The notes under the pieces: model-generated | What the model saw: only the letters and a program-made list of their open reading frames with translations | What the model was told of the DNA's origin: nothing | Database searches by the model: none | NCBI GenBank assembly: GCA_963700555.1 | Contig: CAVOXZ010000011.1 | Coordinates: 306,243 to 370,242 of the forward strand | DNA from: an uncultured Chloroflexia bacterium | GTDB lineage: Bacteria > Chloroflexota > Limnocylindria > Limnocylindrales > CSP1-4 | Direction: 5' to 3' | DNA length: 64,000 nucleotides | Shown: one piece after another, positions 1 through 10,745 of the stretch | How positions within the stretch are numbered: position 1 is the first letter of the stretch | Layout of the letters: each line of letters opens with the position of its first letter | Program-made: the position numbers and the translations under genes

Positions 1-568
1 CCTTCGGCGCGGCCTTGGCTGCGGTCCTGGTCGTCGCCTTGGCCGCACTCGCCCTGGTCTTCGCGGCCGGAGCGGCCTCGACGGCCGGGGCCGCCGCGGG
101 AGTGGCCTCGGAGCGCGTGGTCTTGGAGAGCGCGGCGCGGGCCTTGCCGGCGGCGGTCTGGGCGCCCTTGGCCTTGACGGCCTTGCCGGCCGCGATCCGG
201 GCCTTGGCAGCCTTCAGGGCGGCAGCCTTGCCGGTGGACTTCGCGACGTGGGCGGCGCTCACGACGGTCGTGCCACCCATCGCGGCATTGACCTTCTTCG
301 CGAGCCGGCTCTTGCGACGCGCGGCGGCGTTCGGGTGGATGGCGCCTGACTTCGCGGCGCGGTCGAGGGCCGAGACGGCCTCGCTCAGCGTGGCGGCGAC
401 ATCGACGCCCTCGGGCTGGGCGGTGGCGACCGAGACGGCCTTGGCAACGAGGGTCTTCGCCGCGGACCGCCGGGGCTGCAGGATCGCGTGCCGGCGCTCA
501 GCCTGGCGGACGCGCTTCAGCCCGGACGGGTTGCGAGCGCCCTGCCATTTCCGGGGCGTTCTAGCCAA
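1..568 (-). CDS. rpsT: 30S ribosomal protein S20. The 3' end is partial and runs off the window. The S20 domain carries a long Ala/Lys-rich C-terminal extension
   Basis: Reverse-strand translation reads ...GLKRVRQAERRHAILQPRRSAAKTLVAKAV...LDRAAKSGAIHPNAAARRKSRLAKKVNA... This matches the S20 pattern (KKR..ERR...N....RS...T....LD.A...G.IH.N.AA..KS.L). The probable start is TTG (complement at 566-568). The A/K-rich tail continues past position 1 without a stop. Confidence 0.75.
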   Translation of the reverse strand, partial: MARTPRKWQGARNPSGLKRVRQAERRHAILQPRRSAAKTLVAKAVSVATAQPEGVDVAATLSEAVSALDRAAKSGAIHPNAAARRKSRLAKKVNAAMGGTTVVSAAHVAKSTGKAAALKAAKARIAAGKAVKAKGAQTAAGKARAALSKTTRSEATPAAAPAVEAAPAAKTRASAAKATTRTAAKAAPK

Positions 569-1072
569 GGTGGCTGATCTCCGTTCCGTGTGTGTGCGGG
601 TGATTCACGACGCGCGCGGGCGTAGCCTGCCCGAGGCGCGACGGCGAATGGTAGCAGAGCCGTTCACGAATCGGCCAGTGGGCACATCGTGGGGCGACGG
701 GGTCAACCCGCCGCCCACCCGCCGTCCCCCTGCGGGTCCGCGTCCATGCGGGTCCGCGTCCCTGGCCGCGCCTCCCAGGCGCGACAACCCAGCTTCGTTC
801 CGTTGGGACCCGCCTCCAAGGCGCGAAGCAGGACCGGATCCAGCCCAAGACATGCGGGATCGAGGCTGTGGCGCGCCTCCCAGGCGTGTTCCTTCGCGCA
901 CGAACGGGGTTTCCGCGCCTGCGAGGCGAGAACGATGCTCGCGCGAGCGATGCTCGGAAGGCTTGGCAAGCATCGCCTCGAGGGCGCCGCGAGGCCGACT
1001 CGGCGCCCACCCGCGCTGACCAACCCGTGCGGACCCGGGCTGCCGATCGGTCGGGCTGCGACGCTCGAGGCG
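569..1072. repeat. Repeat-rich non-coding leader of about 500 bp between pgi and rpsT. It holds tandem and inverted short repeats and has no convincing ORF
   Basis: Tandem gcgggtccgcgtcc x2 near 730-760. ggcgcgcctcccaggcg occurs twice, near 770 and 875. cgatgctcg occurs twice, plus the inverted repeat gatgct...agcatc near 930-990. All ORFs here translate to Arg/Pro-rich low-complexity sequence. Confidence 0.4.
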
Positions 1073-2734
1073 CTAGCCCTCCGGCCGCGTCCGACGGGCG
1101 CGGTATCGCCGGATCAGCGCTGCAGTGGAGCCGTCGTGAGCGGCCGACAGCTCCTCGACGGGGCTCGTCAGCTCACCCGCGATCCGGGTCGCGAGCACCT
1201 TGCCCAGCTCCACGCCCCACTGGTCGAACGTCCCGACGCCCCAGATCACCCCCTGGATGAACACCTTGTGCTCGTAGAGCGCGACGAGTGACCCAAGCAC
1301 CCGCGGCGTGAGCCGATCCGCGAGGATCACGGAGGTGGGCCGGTTGCCCTCGAACACCCGGGCCTCGATCTGGTGCGCCGGCACGCCGTCGGCCACGACC
1401 TCCTCGCGCGTCTTGCCGAAGGCCATCGCCTCGGCCTGCGCGAACAGGTTCGCCATCAGCAGGTCCTGGTGGTCGCCGATCTCGGTGGTCGGGTTGACGA
1501 ACCCGATCAGGTCCGCCGGCACGATCCGGGTGCCCTGGTGGAGGAGCTGGTAGTACGCGTGCTGCCCGTTGGTGCCGGCCGTGCCCCACACGATGGGCCC
1601 CGTGTCGTAGGTCACGCGGGTGCCGTCGAGCCGGACGGACTTGCCGTTGGACTCCATGTCCAGCTGCTGGAGGTAGGCCGGGAACCGGTTGAGCTCCTGC
1701 GAGTAGGGCAGCACGGCGTGGGTCTCGAACCCGAACGCGTTGCCGTACCAGATTCCCAGCAGCGCCATCAGCACCGGCAGGTTGCGCTCGAGGGGGGTAT
1801 CGAGGAAGTGCTCGTCCATCGCCCGGAACCCGGCGAGCATCTCGCGGAAGTCGTCGGGTCCGATGGCCAGCATCAGCGACAGGCCGATCGCGCTGTCCAT
1901 CGAGTACCGGCCGCCAACCCAGTCCCAGAACCCGAACATGTTGACGGTGTCGATGCCGAACTCGGCCACCTTGGCGGCGTTGGTGGACACGGCCACGAAA
2001 TGGCTCGCGACCGCGGCGTCGTCGCGGAGCGCCGAGAGCAGCCAGTCGCGCGCCGTCCGGGCGTTGGTCAGCGTCTCGAGGGTGGTGAACGTCTTGGACG
2101 CCACCACGAACAGCGTCTCGGCCGGATCGAGGTCCAGGGTCGCGTCGCGGATATCGGTGCCATCGACGTTGGACACGAACCGGAAGCGCATGGAGCGCTC
2201 GGAGTAGTGGCGCAGGGCCTCGGCGGCCATCGCCGGGCCGAGATCCGACCCGCCGATGCCGATGTTGACGACGTTGCGGATGGGCTTGCCGGTGAACCCC
2301 TTCCACTCCCCGAGGCGCACCCTGAGCGCGAAGGCCGCCATCCGGTCCAGGACCTCGTGGACGTCGGCGACGACCTCCTGGCCGTCGACCTCGAGCCGCT
2401 CGCCGGCGGGCGCACGGAGCGCGGTGTGGAGAACGGCGCGGTCCTCCGTCCGGTTGACGTGGACGCCGCCGAACATGTCCGACCGCCGGTCCTCGACGCG
2501 CGCGGCCTTGGCCACGTCGAGCAGCAGGGCCATGGTCTGGTCCGTGATCCGGTGCTTGCTGTAGTCGAGGAACAGGCCCGCGCCCTCGGCGGTCAGCCGG
2601 TCTGCCCGGCCGGGATCGCCCTCGAACAGGTCCCGCAGGTGCCGGTCGCGCAGCGTCTCGTGGTGGGCCATGACGGCCTGCCACTCGGGCAGGCGGTCGA
2701 GGGGGGCGGCAAGGGTCGGGTCGTCGGCGGTCAT
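1073..2734 (-). CDS. pgi: glucose-6-phosphate isomerase
   Basis: 553 aa with full-length PGI signatures ([46 protein letters not shown]). Confidence 0.95.
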   Translation of the reverse strand: MTADDPTLAAPLDRLPEWQAVMAHHETLRDRHLRDLFEGDPGRADRLTAEGAGLFLDYSKHRITDQTMALLLDVAKAARVEDRRSDMFGGVHVNRTEDRAVLHTALRAPAGERLEVDGQEVVADVHEVLDRMAAFALRVRLGEWKGFTGKPIRNVVNIGIGGSDLGPAMAAEALRHYSERSMRFRFVSNVDGTDIRDATLDLDPAETLFVVASKTFTTLETLTNARTARDWLLSALRDDAAVASHFVAVSTNAAKVAEFGIDTVNMFGFWDWVGGRYSMDSAIGLSLMLAIGPDDFREMLAGFRAMDEHFLDTPLERNLPVLMALLGIWYGNAFGFETHAVLPYSQELNRFPAYLQQLDMESNGKSVRLDGTRVTYDTGPIVWGTAGTNGQHAYYQLLHQGTRIVPADLIGFVNPTTEIGDHQDLLMANLFAQAEAMAFGKTREEVVADGVPAHQIEARVFEGNRPTSVILADRLTPRVLGSLVALYEHKVFIQGVIWGVGTFDQWGVELGKVLATRIAGELTSPVEELSAAHDGSTAALIRRYRARRTRPEG

Positions 2735-2759
2735 GCCCGCATCGTAGTCCAGGCGTCGG

Positions 2760-5375
2760 TCAGGACGGTCGCGGGTCCGGCCGCGCGCCCCGGCGGAGCG
2801 CCTCCGCCGAGCGCAGGACGCGGTCGCGCATGGCGGCGCGGCGCTCCGGCGAACGCACGGCGGCCAGCCCGTCGAGCCACTCGGCGGTTCCCTCGATGAT
2901 CGTGGCGATGGCGGCCGCGTCGTCGGGCGAGACCAGCGGGCGTCCCGGGACCTCGACGTAGACGGGGGAGGTGTGCGAGGCCATGCTGCTGATGAACGCC
3001 GACTGGAGGTCGTGCGGGCTGCGCGAGCGGGCCGCGATCCACGCCCCCCCGTCCACCGCCACGGGCTCCGCGAGCGCGAGCCCGGTCACCCCGGCCGGCG
3101 CCTCCACGACCGCGACGACCCGGCCGTTGACCACGAGGTCCAGGGCGCTGATCACGGGCTGCGCCGCGCGAACGGAGGCACGCACCTCGAGCCGCCCGCC
3201 ACCGGCGGGCAGGGAGATGACCTCGCCCGGCTCTGCCCCCTCGACCTCGAGCGAGATCAGCGGGCCGGAGGTCGCGAACGTGCGTCCCGCCCGCACCGCC
3301 GCCGCCCAGGCGTCGGGGGTCGGATCCGCGCCGGGAGCAGCTCGCGCGTAGGTGCGCACGGCGCCCACGGGCACCTCGGAGGTCATCTTGTCGGTCCCGC
3401 CCAGGATCGGCAGCCGGTGGCCGGTGTTGAGGAAGCGGTACCACTCCAGGATGGGCGGTGAGTCCAGCCCGGGCGCGAACGTCTGCATCTCCACGCCGTC
3501 GATCAGCCCCTCCACGATGGCCGACGCGATCTCCGCGTAGGGCAGCGGGAAGTGCGCGCCGATGGTCAGCCCGCCCGCGCCGCGGCAGCGCTCGGCCCAT
3601 TCGGCGAGCAGGCTGGTGACCGCGCCTCCCAGCCCGCCCTCCGGCCCTCCTCCGGATGCCGGGGGCAGGACGGCGCGGCGCGCCCCGAGCAGCGCGAGGT
3701 GGCCAAGGACGTTCTCGCGGTTCTCCGTCCCCAGCACGACGTGGTGGGCGCCCCCCGGAGCCGCCATCGAACCCCACGCCAGGTCGGTGATGTTGGTGAA
3801 CGCGTCGGCCCACTGGGTGGCGAGCAGATGGACGACGTTGACACCCTCCGCGGCCGCCTGGAGGAGTGCCGTCGACGGGGCCAGGAAATGGACGTGGGAG
3901 TCCGAGGCGACCCAGCCCTCCGAGGCCGGATCAAGCGCCCGCTCCAGGGACAGCTCGAGCGGGCGCCCGCCGCCATCGGGGGCGACCTCCACGCGACGGC
4001 GGAGGGGCACGCAGTCGAAGCCGCGGACCACCTCCACGTCCACGGGGCCGGGTGGGAGGTCGATGTCGAAGGTGCCCGGGACATAGGCGTAGACGTCGCC
4101 GGCGAGCGCAAGATCGGCGCCGGTGTCCTCGTAGAGCCCCGGATTGACGGCGTCCCGGTGGGCGACCGGCGGCAGGTAGCGGCCATCGGCCGCCACGAAC
4201 CGGACGCGGGCCGGCGTCTCCGCGCCGTCGACCGTGACCCGGACCTGGGTGCGGATGGTCCTCGGCGCCAGGGGACGGATGGTCACCCCGCCGATCGTCG
4301 CTCCCTCGCCCACGTCGCGAGCTCGAAACACGGCGCCGCCGAAGCGCATCCGGGCATCCGGGCTGACCGTGACGTCGACGATCCGGGTGCCGTCGTCCTC
4401 GACCGCGGGGTGAGCAGGTCCCCAGCCGATCGGCCGCCCGGGCTCGGGCGACCCGACCGCGCCCCCGGTGGCCCGTACCGGGCGGCGGCTCCGGATCGCC
4501 ACGCCCAGGTCCACGTCCGGCAGGCGGTCCGGCGCGCCGGTGACCAGGAGCTCCACGCGTGGCGCAGGCGCGAGCGGGTTGGCCGTTCCAGCGAACAGCG
4601 TCATCCCCGCGACGACGACGGCCCGGCCGGGTGACGGACCGGCAAGGGGTCGGAGCTGGAGGCACACCACGTCGCCCACGCCGGCGAGCGGGATGGCGTG
4701 GAGCCAGACGGTGAGGTCGTCGTCGGGTGTCGGCAGGACGTCCGTCACGCCCGTCTGGCTCGCTCCCCACCCGCCGGGCAGCGTGGTCAGCGGGCCTGCA
4801 TGGCCCGCCGGAGCGTAGCGGCCCGGCTCCAGCCGGGGGTGAGGCCCGAGGAAGTCGAGCGGCTCGTTGCCGCGGTGACCGGTGGCGGCGAACGGGAGAT
4901 AGCCCCAGCCGGTGATCCCGTCTCCCACCTCGAACCGGCGCCGGATCGTCACCTCGCGCTCACCCTCGCGTCCGATGATCCGGTACGCCGCGAGCTCCTC
5001 TCCGATCCCGTCAACCCACCCGACCGGCGATCCAGCCGGCCGCTCGCCGGCGGCGTCGCGGCGGCTGTCGCAGAAGTGCGCCACGACCAGCCAGGTGGCT
5101 CCGGTTAAGGACGGCAGGTCCACGTCGTTGCTGCCGTCGACCACCAGCCAGCGCGGTGATCCGCGCTCCCCCAGGCTGAGCGGGAGCCCGCGCCACACCA
5201 CCGGTCCGGCTGGCAGGCGGCGAACGCCACGCTCGTACAGGGGATGGAGACGCGCGGCCAGCGCATCGTCGTCAGCGTTCCACCAGCGGCCCAGGTCGAC
5301 GGGCTGCGCGAGGTCGGTTGCCTGGCCGCCAACGATGTCCACGAGCCGTTTCTCCCCTATTGACGCTGTCGGCAA
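2760..5375 (-). CDS. Large hypothetical protein (871 aa) with a PHP/CehA-like metallo-hydrolase motif ([10 protein letters not shown])
   Basis: Long ORF with high GC3. The DSHVH motif resembles the first His motif of PHP/CehA-type metal-dependent phosphoesterases. The rest is unrecognised. No signal peptide. Confidence 0.55.
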   Translation of the reverse strand: MPTASIGEKRLVDIVGGQATDLAQPVDLGRWWNADDDALAARLHPLYERGVRRLPAGPVVWRGLPLSLGERGSPRWLVVDGSNDVDLPSLTGATWLVVAHFCDSRRDAAGERPAGSPVGWVDGIGEELAAYRIIGREGEREVTIRRRFEVGDGITGWGYLPFAATGHRGNEPLDFLGPHPRLEPGRYAPAGHAGPLTTLPGGWGASQTGVTDVLPTPDDDLTVWLHAIPLAGVGDVVCLQLRPLAGPSPGRAVVVAGMTLFAGTANPLAPAPRVELLVTGAPDRLPDVDLGVAIRSRRPVRATGGAVGSPEPGRPIGWGPAHPAVEDDGTRIVDVTVSPDARMRFGGAVFRARDVGEGATIGGVTIRPLAPRTIRTQVRVTVDGAETPARVRFVAADGRYLPPVAHRDAVNPGLYEDTGADLALAGDVYAYVPGTFDIDLPPGPVDVEVVRGFDCVPLRRRVEVAPDGGGRPLELSLERALDPASEGWVASDSHVHFLAPSTALLQAAAEGVNVVHLLATQWADAFTNITDLAWGSMAAPGGAHHVVLGTENRENVLGHLALLGARRAVLPPASGGGPEGGLGGAVTSLLAEWAERCRGAGGLTIGAHFPLPYAEIASAIVEGLIDGVEMQTFAPGLDSPPILEWYRFLNTGHRLPILGGTDKMTSEVPVGAVRTYARAAPGADPTPDAWAAAVRAGRTFATSGPLISLEVEGAEPGEVISLPAGGGRLEVRASVRAAQPVISALDLVVNGRVVAVVEAPAGVTGLALAEPVAVDGGAWIAARSRSPHDLQSAFISSMASHTSPVYVEVPGRPLVSPDDAAAIATIIEGTAEWLDGLAAVRSPERRAAMRDRVLRSAEALRRGARPDPRPS

Positions 5376-5436
5376 TCGAATGGTACGGTCCCGCGATCAG
5401 CGAGCGCAAGCGCTTGCGCGCATCGAGGAGCGAGCG

Positions 5437-6717
5437 ATGCCCGGACCCGGGATCGAGCTGGTCGGCGCCGAGGAGATGGCCGAGGTCCTGGAGGTCATGC
5501 AGAGTGGCTTCCTGAGCCGCTACGGCCCCGCGGACAACCCCGCGTTCCTGGCCAAGACCCACCGGCTCGAGGTGGAGATGGCGGAGTACCTGGGCACCAA
5601 GCACGCCCTCGCGCTGTCGGGTGGTGGGTCCGCCGCGCTGCTGATCGCGATGCTCGCGCTGGGGATCGGGCCCGGCGACGAGGTCATCGTGCCGGGCTTC
5701 ACCTACGTCGCCTCGATCTCGTCGATCGTGTACGCGGGTGCGACCCCCGTGCTCGCCGAGATCGACGACACGTTCACCCTCGACCCGGCCGATGTCGAGG
5801 CCAGGATCACCCCGCGCACGAGGGCCATCATCGTCGTCCACATGCTCGGTGGCATCGGCCAGCTCGACGAGCTCGTCGCCATCGCCGAGCGGCACGGCAT
5901 CGCGCTCATCGAGGACTGCGCGCAGGCCTTCGGCGGGACGTACCAGGGCCAGCGCGTGGGCGGCATCGGCACCATCGGCACGTTCAGCTTCAACGAGTAC
6001 AAGACGATCACCTGTGGCGACGGCGGCATGATCGCCACGAACGACACCGAGCTCTACGAGCGGGCGTTCGCGATGCACGACCAGGGCCACGCGCCGTACC
6101 GCCTCGAGGCGAAGTACGCGCCCCGACCGTTCCTCGGTCTCAACTTCCGGACGACCGAGCTGTCGTCCGCGGTCCTGCTGGCCCAGCTCCCCAAGTCGGA
6201 CCTCATCGTGGCGCACCTGCGCGCGAACAAGGCGATCGTCAAGGACGCCCTCGCCGACATCTCGGGGATCGCCTTCCGCCAGCTGGTGGATCGGGAGGGC
6301 GATATCGCGACCCACCTCGTGGTGACCCTGCCGTCGGCCGACATCGCCCGGGACGTGGCCGTGACCCTGGGGTCCTGCCAGCTGTCCGAGTCGGGCTGGC
6401 ACACCTACAGCCACATGAACCACCTGCTGGACCAGCGCACGGCGTCCAACAAGGGCTGCCCGTTCCACTGCGGGCACACCGACCACGCCCGGCCCAGCTA
6501 CCGGCCCGGGATGCTGCCGCACACGGACGACCTGCTGGAGCGCTCGCTCAGCATCGGGATCGGGGTGCGCGACGCCAACCTCGCGCCGTACGGGCTGAGG
6601 ATGCGGAGCAGCACGGAGGAGGCCACGGAGCTGGCGACCCACGTTCGGGAGGTGATCCAGCGGCACCTGGCCGCGGCCGACGACGACCCTGGCGGGGCCT
6701 CCGGGGTGCCCCGTTGA
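5437..6717 (+). CDS. DegT/DnrJ/EryC1/StrS-family PLP-dependent aminotransferase
   Basis: ATG at 5437 with an AGGAG ribosome-binding site 6 bp upstream. The sequence shows family hallmarks: FLAKTHRLEVEMAEYLG, ALSGGGSAALLIAML, VIVPGFTYVAS, FSFNEYKTITCGDGGM. The N-terminal 175 codons of the track ORF overlap the minus-strand gene and are not coding. Confidence 0.85.
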   Translation: MPGPGIELVGAEEMAEVLEVMQSGFLSRYGPADNPAFLAKTHRLEVEMAEYLGTKHALALSGGGSAALLIAMLALGIGPGDEVIVPGFTYVASISSIVYAGATPVLAEIDDTFTLDPADVEARITPRTRAIIVVHMLGGIGQLDELVAIAERHGIALIEDCAQAFGGTYQGQRVGGIGTIGTFSFNEYKTITCGDGGMIATNDTELYERAFAMHDQGHAPYRLEAKYAPRPFLGLNFRTTELSSAVLLAQLPKSDLIVAHLRANKAIVKDALADISGIAFRQLVDREGDIATHLVVTLPSADIARDVAVTLGSCQLSESGWHTYSHMNHLLDQRTASNKGCPFHCGHTDHARPSYRPGMLPHTDDLLERSLSIGIGVRDANLAPYGLRMRSSTEEATELATHVREVIQRHLAAADDDPGGASGVPR

Positions 6718-7793
6718 CCGACCCGGTGCCCGCCATCGAGCTGCTCGACGCCACCAAGCGCTACGGGGACGCGATCGCGCTCGATCACGTGTCGCTCGAG
6801 ATCGGACAGGGGGAGTTCTTCTGCCTGCTGGGGCCGTCCGGCTGCGGCAAGACGACCACCCTCAACCTGATCGGCGGGTTCATCCCCCTCACCTCGGGCG
6901 AGCTGCGGATCGAGGGCGTGCCGGTGGGCGATCTGCCACCGCACAAGCGGAACGTCAACACGGTGTTCCAGAGCTATGCCCTGTTCCCGCACATGACGGT
7001 CGACCAGAACGTGGCGTTCGGGCTGCGCATGGAGGGCCTGCCCGCGGCCGAGGTCGCCACCCGGATCGACCAGTACCTCGAGCTGGTCGGCCTGGCCGGG
7101 CTCGGCGCCCGCCTGCCTGCCCAGCTGTCCGGCGGCCAGCAGCAGCGCGTGGCCCTGGCTCGGGCGCTGGCCAAGCGCCCCGCCGTGCTCCTGCTCGACG
7201 AGCCATTGGGAGCGCTCGACCTCAAGCTCCGCAAGCAGATGCAGGAGGAGCTGGCGCGCATCCATCGCCAGGTCGGCACCACCTTCGTGTTCGTCACCCA
7301 CGACCAGGAGGAGGCGCTGTCGATGGCGACCCGGGTCGCCATCATGGCCGAGGGCCGGGTCGCCCAGGTCGGCACGCCGCGCGAGGTCTACGAGCGGCCG
7401 GTCAACCGGTTCGTCGCGGACTTCGTGGGCGAGACCAACTTCCTCGACGGCAGCGTGCGGGCATCGGACGGCCACCCGGTCTTCGAGCCCGCCGGCAGCG
7501 GACAGGCCGTGGCGGCGCCCGGTGGAGCGCCAGCCGGCCCGGCCACGCTCATGATCCGCCCCGAGTTCCTGCGCGTCGACGCCGTGGGGGCGGCGCCGCC
7601 CGACGCCGGCCTGGTGGGGCACGTGGTGAACGTCGCGTTCCTGGGCGCGTACTCGCGCGTCTCGATCGCGACGACGGCCGGGGAGCTGGTCGCCGTGCAC
7701 TCGCACGATGGCGGCCCGGACCCCGAGGTGGCAATTGGTGAGGAGGTGTGCGTGTGGTGGCCGCCGGATCGTGCGGCCGTCCTCAGTCCGTGA
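6714..7793 (+). CDS. ABC transporter ATP-binding protein, PotA-like (spermidine/putrescine type)
   Basis: Walker A GPSGCGKTT, signature LSGGQQQRVALARAL, Walker B LLLDEPLGALD, and a C-terminal TOBE-like domain. The TTG start overlaps the upstream stop (TTGA). Confidence 0.9.
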   Translation: MTDPVPAIELLDATKRYGDAIALDHVSLEIGQGEFFCLLGPSGCGKTTTLNLIGGFIPLTSGELRIEGVPVGDLPPHKRNVNTVFQSYALFPHMTVDQNVAFGLRMEGLPAAEVATRIDQYLELVGLAGLGARLPAQLSGGQQQRVALARALAKRPAVLLLDEPLGALDLKLRKQMQEELARIHRQVGTTFVFVTHDQEEALSMATRVAIMAEGRVAQVGTPREVYERPVNRFVADFVGETNFLDGSVRASDGHPVFEPAGSGQAVAAPGGAPAGPATLMIRPEFLRVDAVGAAPPDAGLVGHVVNVAFLGAYSRVSIATTAGELVAVHSHDGGPDPEVAIGEEVCVWWPPDRAAVLSP

Positions 7794-7831
7794 GTTGACG
7801 ACAAGGGTTCCTGGAGGAGGAGGAGGTTGAC

Positions 7832-8968
7832 ATGGCAGAAGCGAACGGGATCACCCGGCGGCAGTTCCTCGCGGCGGCCGGTGCGGCCGGTGCGGTGGTC
7901 GGGCTGGGAGGGGTGCTCGCCGCGTGCGGAGGCGGCGGGGCAGCGACCGCGGCGCCGAGCACCGGCGGTGGCGGCGGTGCCACCGGCACGTTCAACTGGA
8001 TGACCTGGAGCGATCACTGGTACCAGGAGCAGCTGGACGCCATCACCGCGGCCATCAGCATCACGCCCAAGACCACCGACCTGTCCGACAACGCGGACGG
8101 GTTCTCGAAGCTCAAGGAGGGCGGCTCGTCGCTGGACCTGATCTCCGGCGACGCGCTGTGGGTGCCCCGCTACTACGAGGACGGCCTCATCGAGGCCTGG
8201 GACATCAACGAGCTCGCGGTGTCCAAGCAGCTCTACTCCATCGCGCGCGAGTTCGACATCTGGACGACACCCGCCGGCTACCTGGGCTACCCGTTCGGCT
8301 GGTCGCCGGTCCAGATCTACTACGACCCGGCCAAGGTCAGCCCCGCCCCCGACTCGTGGGAGGTGCTGTGGGATCCCAAGTACGCCAAGAAGGTCATCGT
8401 TGAGGACCAGCCGGTCGAGATCATGGCCTACATGGGCAAGGCGACCGGCGCCAAGGACCCCTACAACATGACCGACGCGGAGCTCGCGACCGCGAAGGAC
8501 GCGGCCATGAAGCTCAAGCCCAACGTCGTCAAGCTCGCACCGCAGAACACGGACACGATCTCGGCGCTGGTGAGCGGCGAGGCCTGGCTCGCCACCTCGA
8601 ACCTGGGCACCGAGGAGCGGGTCAAGGAGGCGGGTGGCCCCGAGCTCAAGGTCTTCACCCCCAAGGAGGGGACCATCGGCTGGATGGACGCCGAGATGAT
8701 CATCACGGGCGGACCCGGCAACGCCCTGATCATGCCGTTCCTCGAGGCTGCCGAGGTGGCCGAGCACATCGCGGAGAACTTCGTGCGCTACGGGCGTCCG
8801 CTGTTCAACGAGGCGGCCTACAAGGTGCTCGTGGACAACGGCCAGCAGGACCGTGCCGACCGGTTCCTGTACAACAAGCCCGAGACGGTGCTGACCATGA
8901 CCCTCAAGGGCCCCGGCAGCTCCACCGAGGGTGCCATCGAAGCGTTCAACGAGGTGTTCGGGAGCTAG
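7832..8968 (+). CDS. Extracellular solute-binding lipoprotein, PotD/PotF family, with Tat signal RRQFLAAAGAAGAVVG...AACGG
   Basis: Twin-arginine motif plus a lipobox-like LAAC. A GGAGGAGGAGG ribosome-binding site lies upstream of the ATG. The sequence looks like a periplasmic polyamine-type binding protein. Confidence 0.85.
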   Translation: MAEANGITRRQFLAAAGAAGAVVGLGGVLAACGGGGAATAAPSTGGGGGATGTFNWMTWSDHWYQEQLDAITAAISITPKTTDLSDNADGFSKLKEGGSSLDLISGDALWVPRYYEDGLIEAWDINELAVSKQLYSIAREFDIWTTPAGYLGYPFGWSPVQIYYDPAKVSPAPDSWEVLWDPKYAKKVIVEDQPVEIMAYMGKATGAKDPYNMTDAELATAKDAAMKLKPNVVKLAPQNTDTISALVSGEAWLATSNLGTEERVKEAGGPELKVFTPKEGTIGWMDAEMIITGGPGNALIMPFLEAAEVAEHIAENFVRYGRPLFNEAAYKVLVDNGQQDRADRFLYNKPETVLTMTLKGPGSSTEGAIEAFNEVFGS

Positions 8969-8994
8969 GCGCCCCGGACCCCGGGAGGCTGGTC

Positions 8995-9909
8995 ATGACC
9001 GCCGAACCCGCCGCCGGCACGGAGCTCCGGTCGGCGGCGGGTGCACGCGCACGAGGCCGGGACGTGGCGCGCCGCGGCTGGCCGCTGCTGCCCGCGCTGC
9101 TCACGCTCGGCCTGCTGTTCATCCTCCCGATGCTGTTCATGTTCATGTTCAGCCTCTGGGACACCCAGGACTTCAACCTGGTCCCGGTCTGGAACCTGGA
9201 CAACTACGTCCGGTTCTTCACGGTGGGGACGTACATCCGGACGTTCGTCAAGACGCTCCTGATGGCGGGCCTGGTGATGGTGGTGGGCATCAGCCTCGCG
9301 CTGCCGTTCGCCTTCTTCCTGGTCCGCTACACCACCCGCCGCTGGCAGCGCATCGCGCTGCTCCTCGTCATCGTGCCGTTCTGGACGAGCTACCTGCTGC
9401 GTGTCTATGCGTGGACCGCGATCCTCGGCGAGCAGGGTGCCCTGAACCAGGGCCTGCAGCTGCTGGGGATCATCAAGGAGCCGCTGCAGGTCTTCGTCTA
9501 CAACGACGCCAGCGTGTTCATCGTGCTGCTGTACCTGTACTTCCCGTTCGCCGCGCTGGCGCTCTACTCGGCGCTCGAGAAGTTCGACTTCACCCAGATC
9601 TATGCCGCCCAGGACCTGGGGGCCTCGACGTGGCGCGGCTACCGGTACATCCTGCTGCCCCAGATCCGGCCCGGCCTCATCACGGCCTGCATCTTCGTGT
9701 TCATCCCGATCATGGGCGAGTTCCTCGCGCCGACCCTGGTGGGCGGTGCGGAGGGTGGCCTGATCGCCAACCTGATCGTCCGCTTCTTCAGGGGCGCGCA
9801 GTTCGCCGAGGGCGCCGCGCTGGCCATGGTCGTGGCCGCGTTCGTGATCACGGTGCTGGTGCTGCTCCGGAAGTCGCTGCGGGTGGAGGACGTCGTCGCC
9901 CGTGGATAG
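8995..9909 (+). CDS. ABC transporter permease, PotB-like
   Basis: Six predicted TM segments and an EAA-like loop (YAAQDLGASTWRGYRYILLPQIRPG). Confidence 0.85.
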   Translation: MTAEPAAGTELRSAAGARARGRDVARRGWPLLPALLTLGLLFILPMLFMFMFSLWDTQDFNLVPVWNLDNYVRFFTVGTYIRTFVKTLLMAGLVMVVGISLALPFAFFLVRYTTRRWQRIALLLVIVPFWTSYLLRVYAWTAILGEQGALNQGLQLLGIIKEPLQVFVYNDASVFIVLLYLYFPFAALALYSALEKFDFTQIYAAQDLGASTWRGYRYILLPQIRPGLITACIFVFIPIMGEFLAPTLVGGAEGGLIANLIVRFFRGAQFAEGAALAMVVAAFVITVLVLLRKSLRVEDVVARG

Positions 9910-10744
9910 CCGCATCAACCCGATCGAGCTGATGCCAGTCAGCCGCCACGCCCGGCTGACGCGGAACCTGCTGATGCTGCTCGCCTTCGTGCTGCTGGTG
10001 TTCCTCTACGTCCCGATCGCATTCATGATCCTGTTCTCGTTCGAGACCTCCCGCACGCCGGGCCTCCCGATCACCGGCCTCACCCTGCACTGGTACGAGG
10101 TGATGGTGGGGGACAAGCTGATCCACGAGGCGGTCTTCAACTCGGTGCTGGTCGCGATCGTCGTCGCCACCCTGGCCACGGTCATCGGGACCATGGCGGC
10201 GTTTCCGCTGGTGCGGGGCCGGCTGCGGTTCGCCGACGGCTTCCGGCTGCTGTCCACCATGCCGATGATGATCCCGGGCTTCCTGCTCGGGATCGCGTTG
10301 CTCCTGTTCTTCCGGCGGGTCCTCAACGTCGACCTGTCGCTGGTGACCGTTACCGCGGGCCACCTGGTGTTCACGACCCCGTTCGTGGTCCTGCTGGTCG
10401 CCGCGCGGTTGCAGGGGTTCGACCGGAGGCTCGAGTGGGCGGCCGCCGACCTCGGGGCGGACGGACCACGTACCCTTCGCCACATCGTGCTGCCCCTGCT
10501 GTTCCCGGCGATCATGGCCGGCTTCCTGCTGTCGATCACGCTCTCGATCGACGAGTTCGTGGTGACCTTCTTCACCATCGGACCCGAGCGGACGCTGCCC
10601 CTGTTCATCTACACCCAGGTGAAGTTCGGGGTGACGCCTGAGGTCAACGCCGTGGCCACCTCGATCCTGCTCGCGAGCCTGCTCATCTTCGGCCTGGGGG
10701 GCCTGGCCCTGACCGGCTGGCAGCGGCTCGGCCGCCGCCGCTGA
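9902..10744 (+). CDS. ABC transporter permease, PotC-like
   Basis: TM-rich, with an EAA-like loop ([24 protein letters not shown]). It overlaps the upstream permease by 8 nt. Confidence 0.85.
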   Translation: MDSRINPIELMPVSRHARLTRNLLMLLAFVLLVFLYVPIAFMILFSFETSRTPGLPITGLTLHWYEVMVGDKLIHEAVFNSVLVAIVVATLATVIGTMAAFPLVRGRLRFADGFRLLSTMPMMIPGFLLGIALLLFFRRVLNVDLSLVTVTAGHLVFTTPFVVLLVAARLQGFDRRLEWAAADLGADGPRTLRHIVLPLLFPAIMAGFLLSITLSIDEFVVTFFTIGPERTLPLFIYTQVKFGVTPEVNAVATSILLASLLIFGLGGLALTGWQRLGRRR

Positions 10745-10745
10745 G

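Noticed and set aside
690-730. tRNA/tmRNA-like fragment (gtgggcacatcgtggggcgacggggtcaacccgccgcccac)
   Set aside because: Only about 45 nt form an acceptor/T-arm-like structure. There is no D-arm or anticodon arm and no full tmRNA body. It is probably chance or part of the repeat-rich leader.
1173-2899. Long ORFs 1173-2684 (-) and 1373-2899 (+) across the pgi gene
   Set aside because: They are out-of-frame or antisense to a full-length PGI homolog. Their translations are Arg/Pro/Gly-rich low complexity, typical of alternate frames in GC-rich DNA.
2731-4770. ORFs 2731-3813 (-), 3552-4634 (+), 3931-4770 (-) and others overlapping the 871-aa gene
   Set aside because: They have Arg/Gly/Pro-rich translations. 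They lie nested within the longer frame that has better coding character.
4912-5436. N-terminal 175 codons of the 4912-6717 ORF
   Set aside because: This part overlaps the minus-strand gene. The real DegT start is the ATG at 5437, which has an AGGAG ribosome-binding site.
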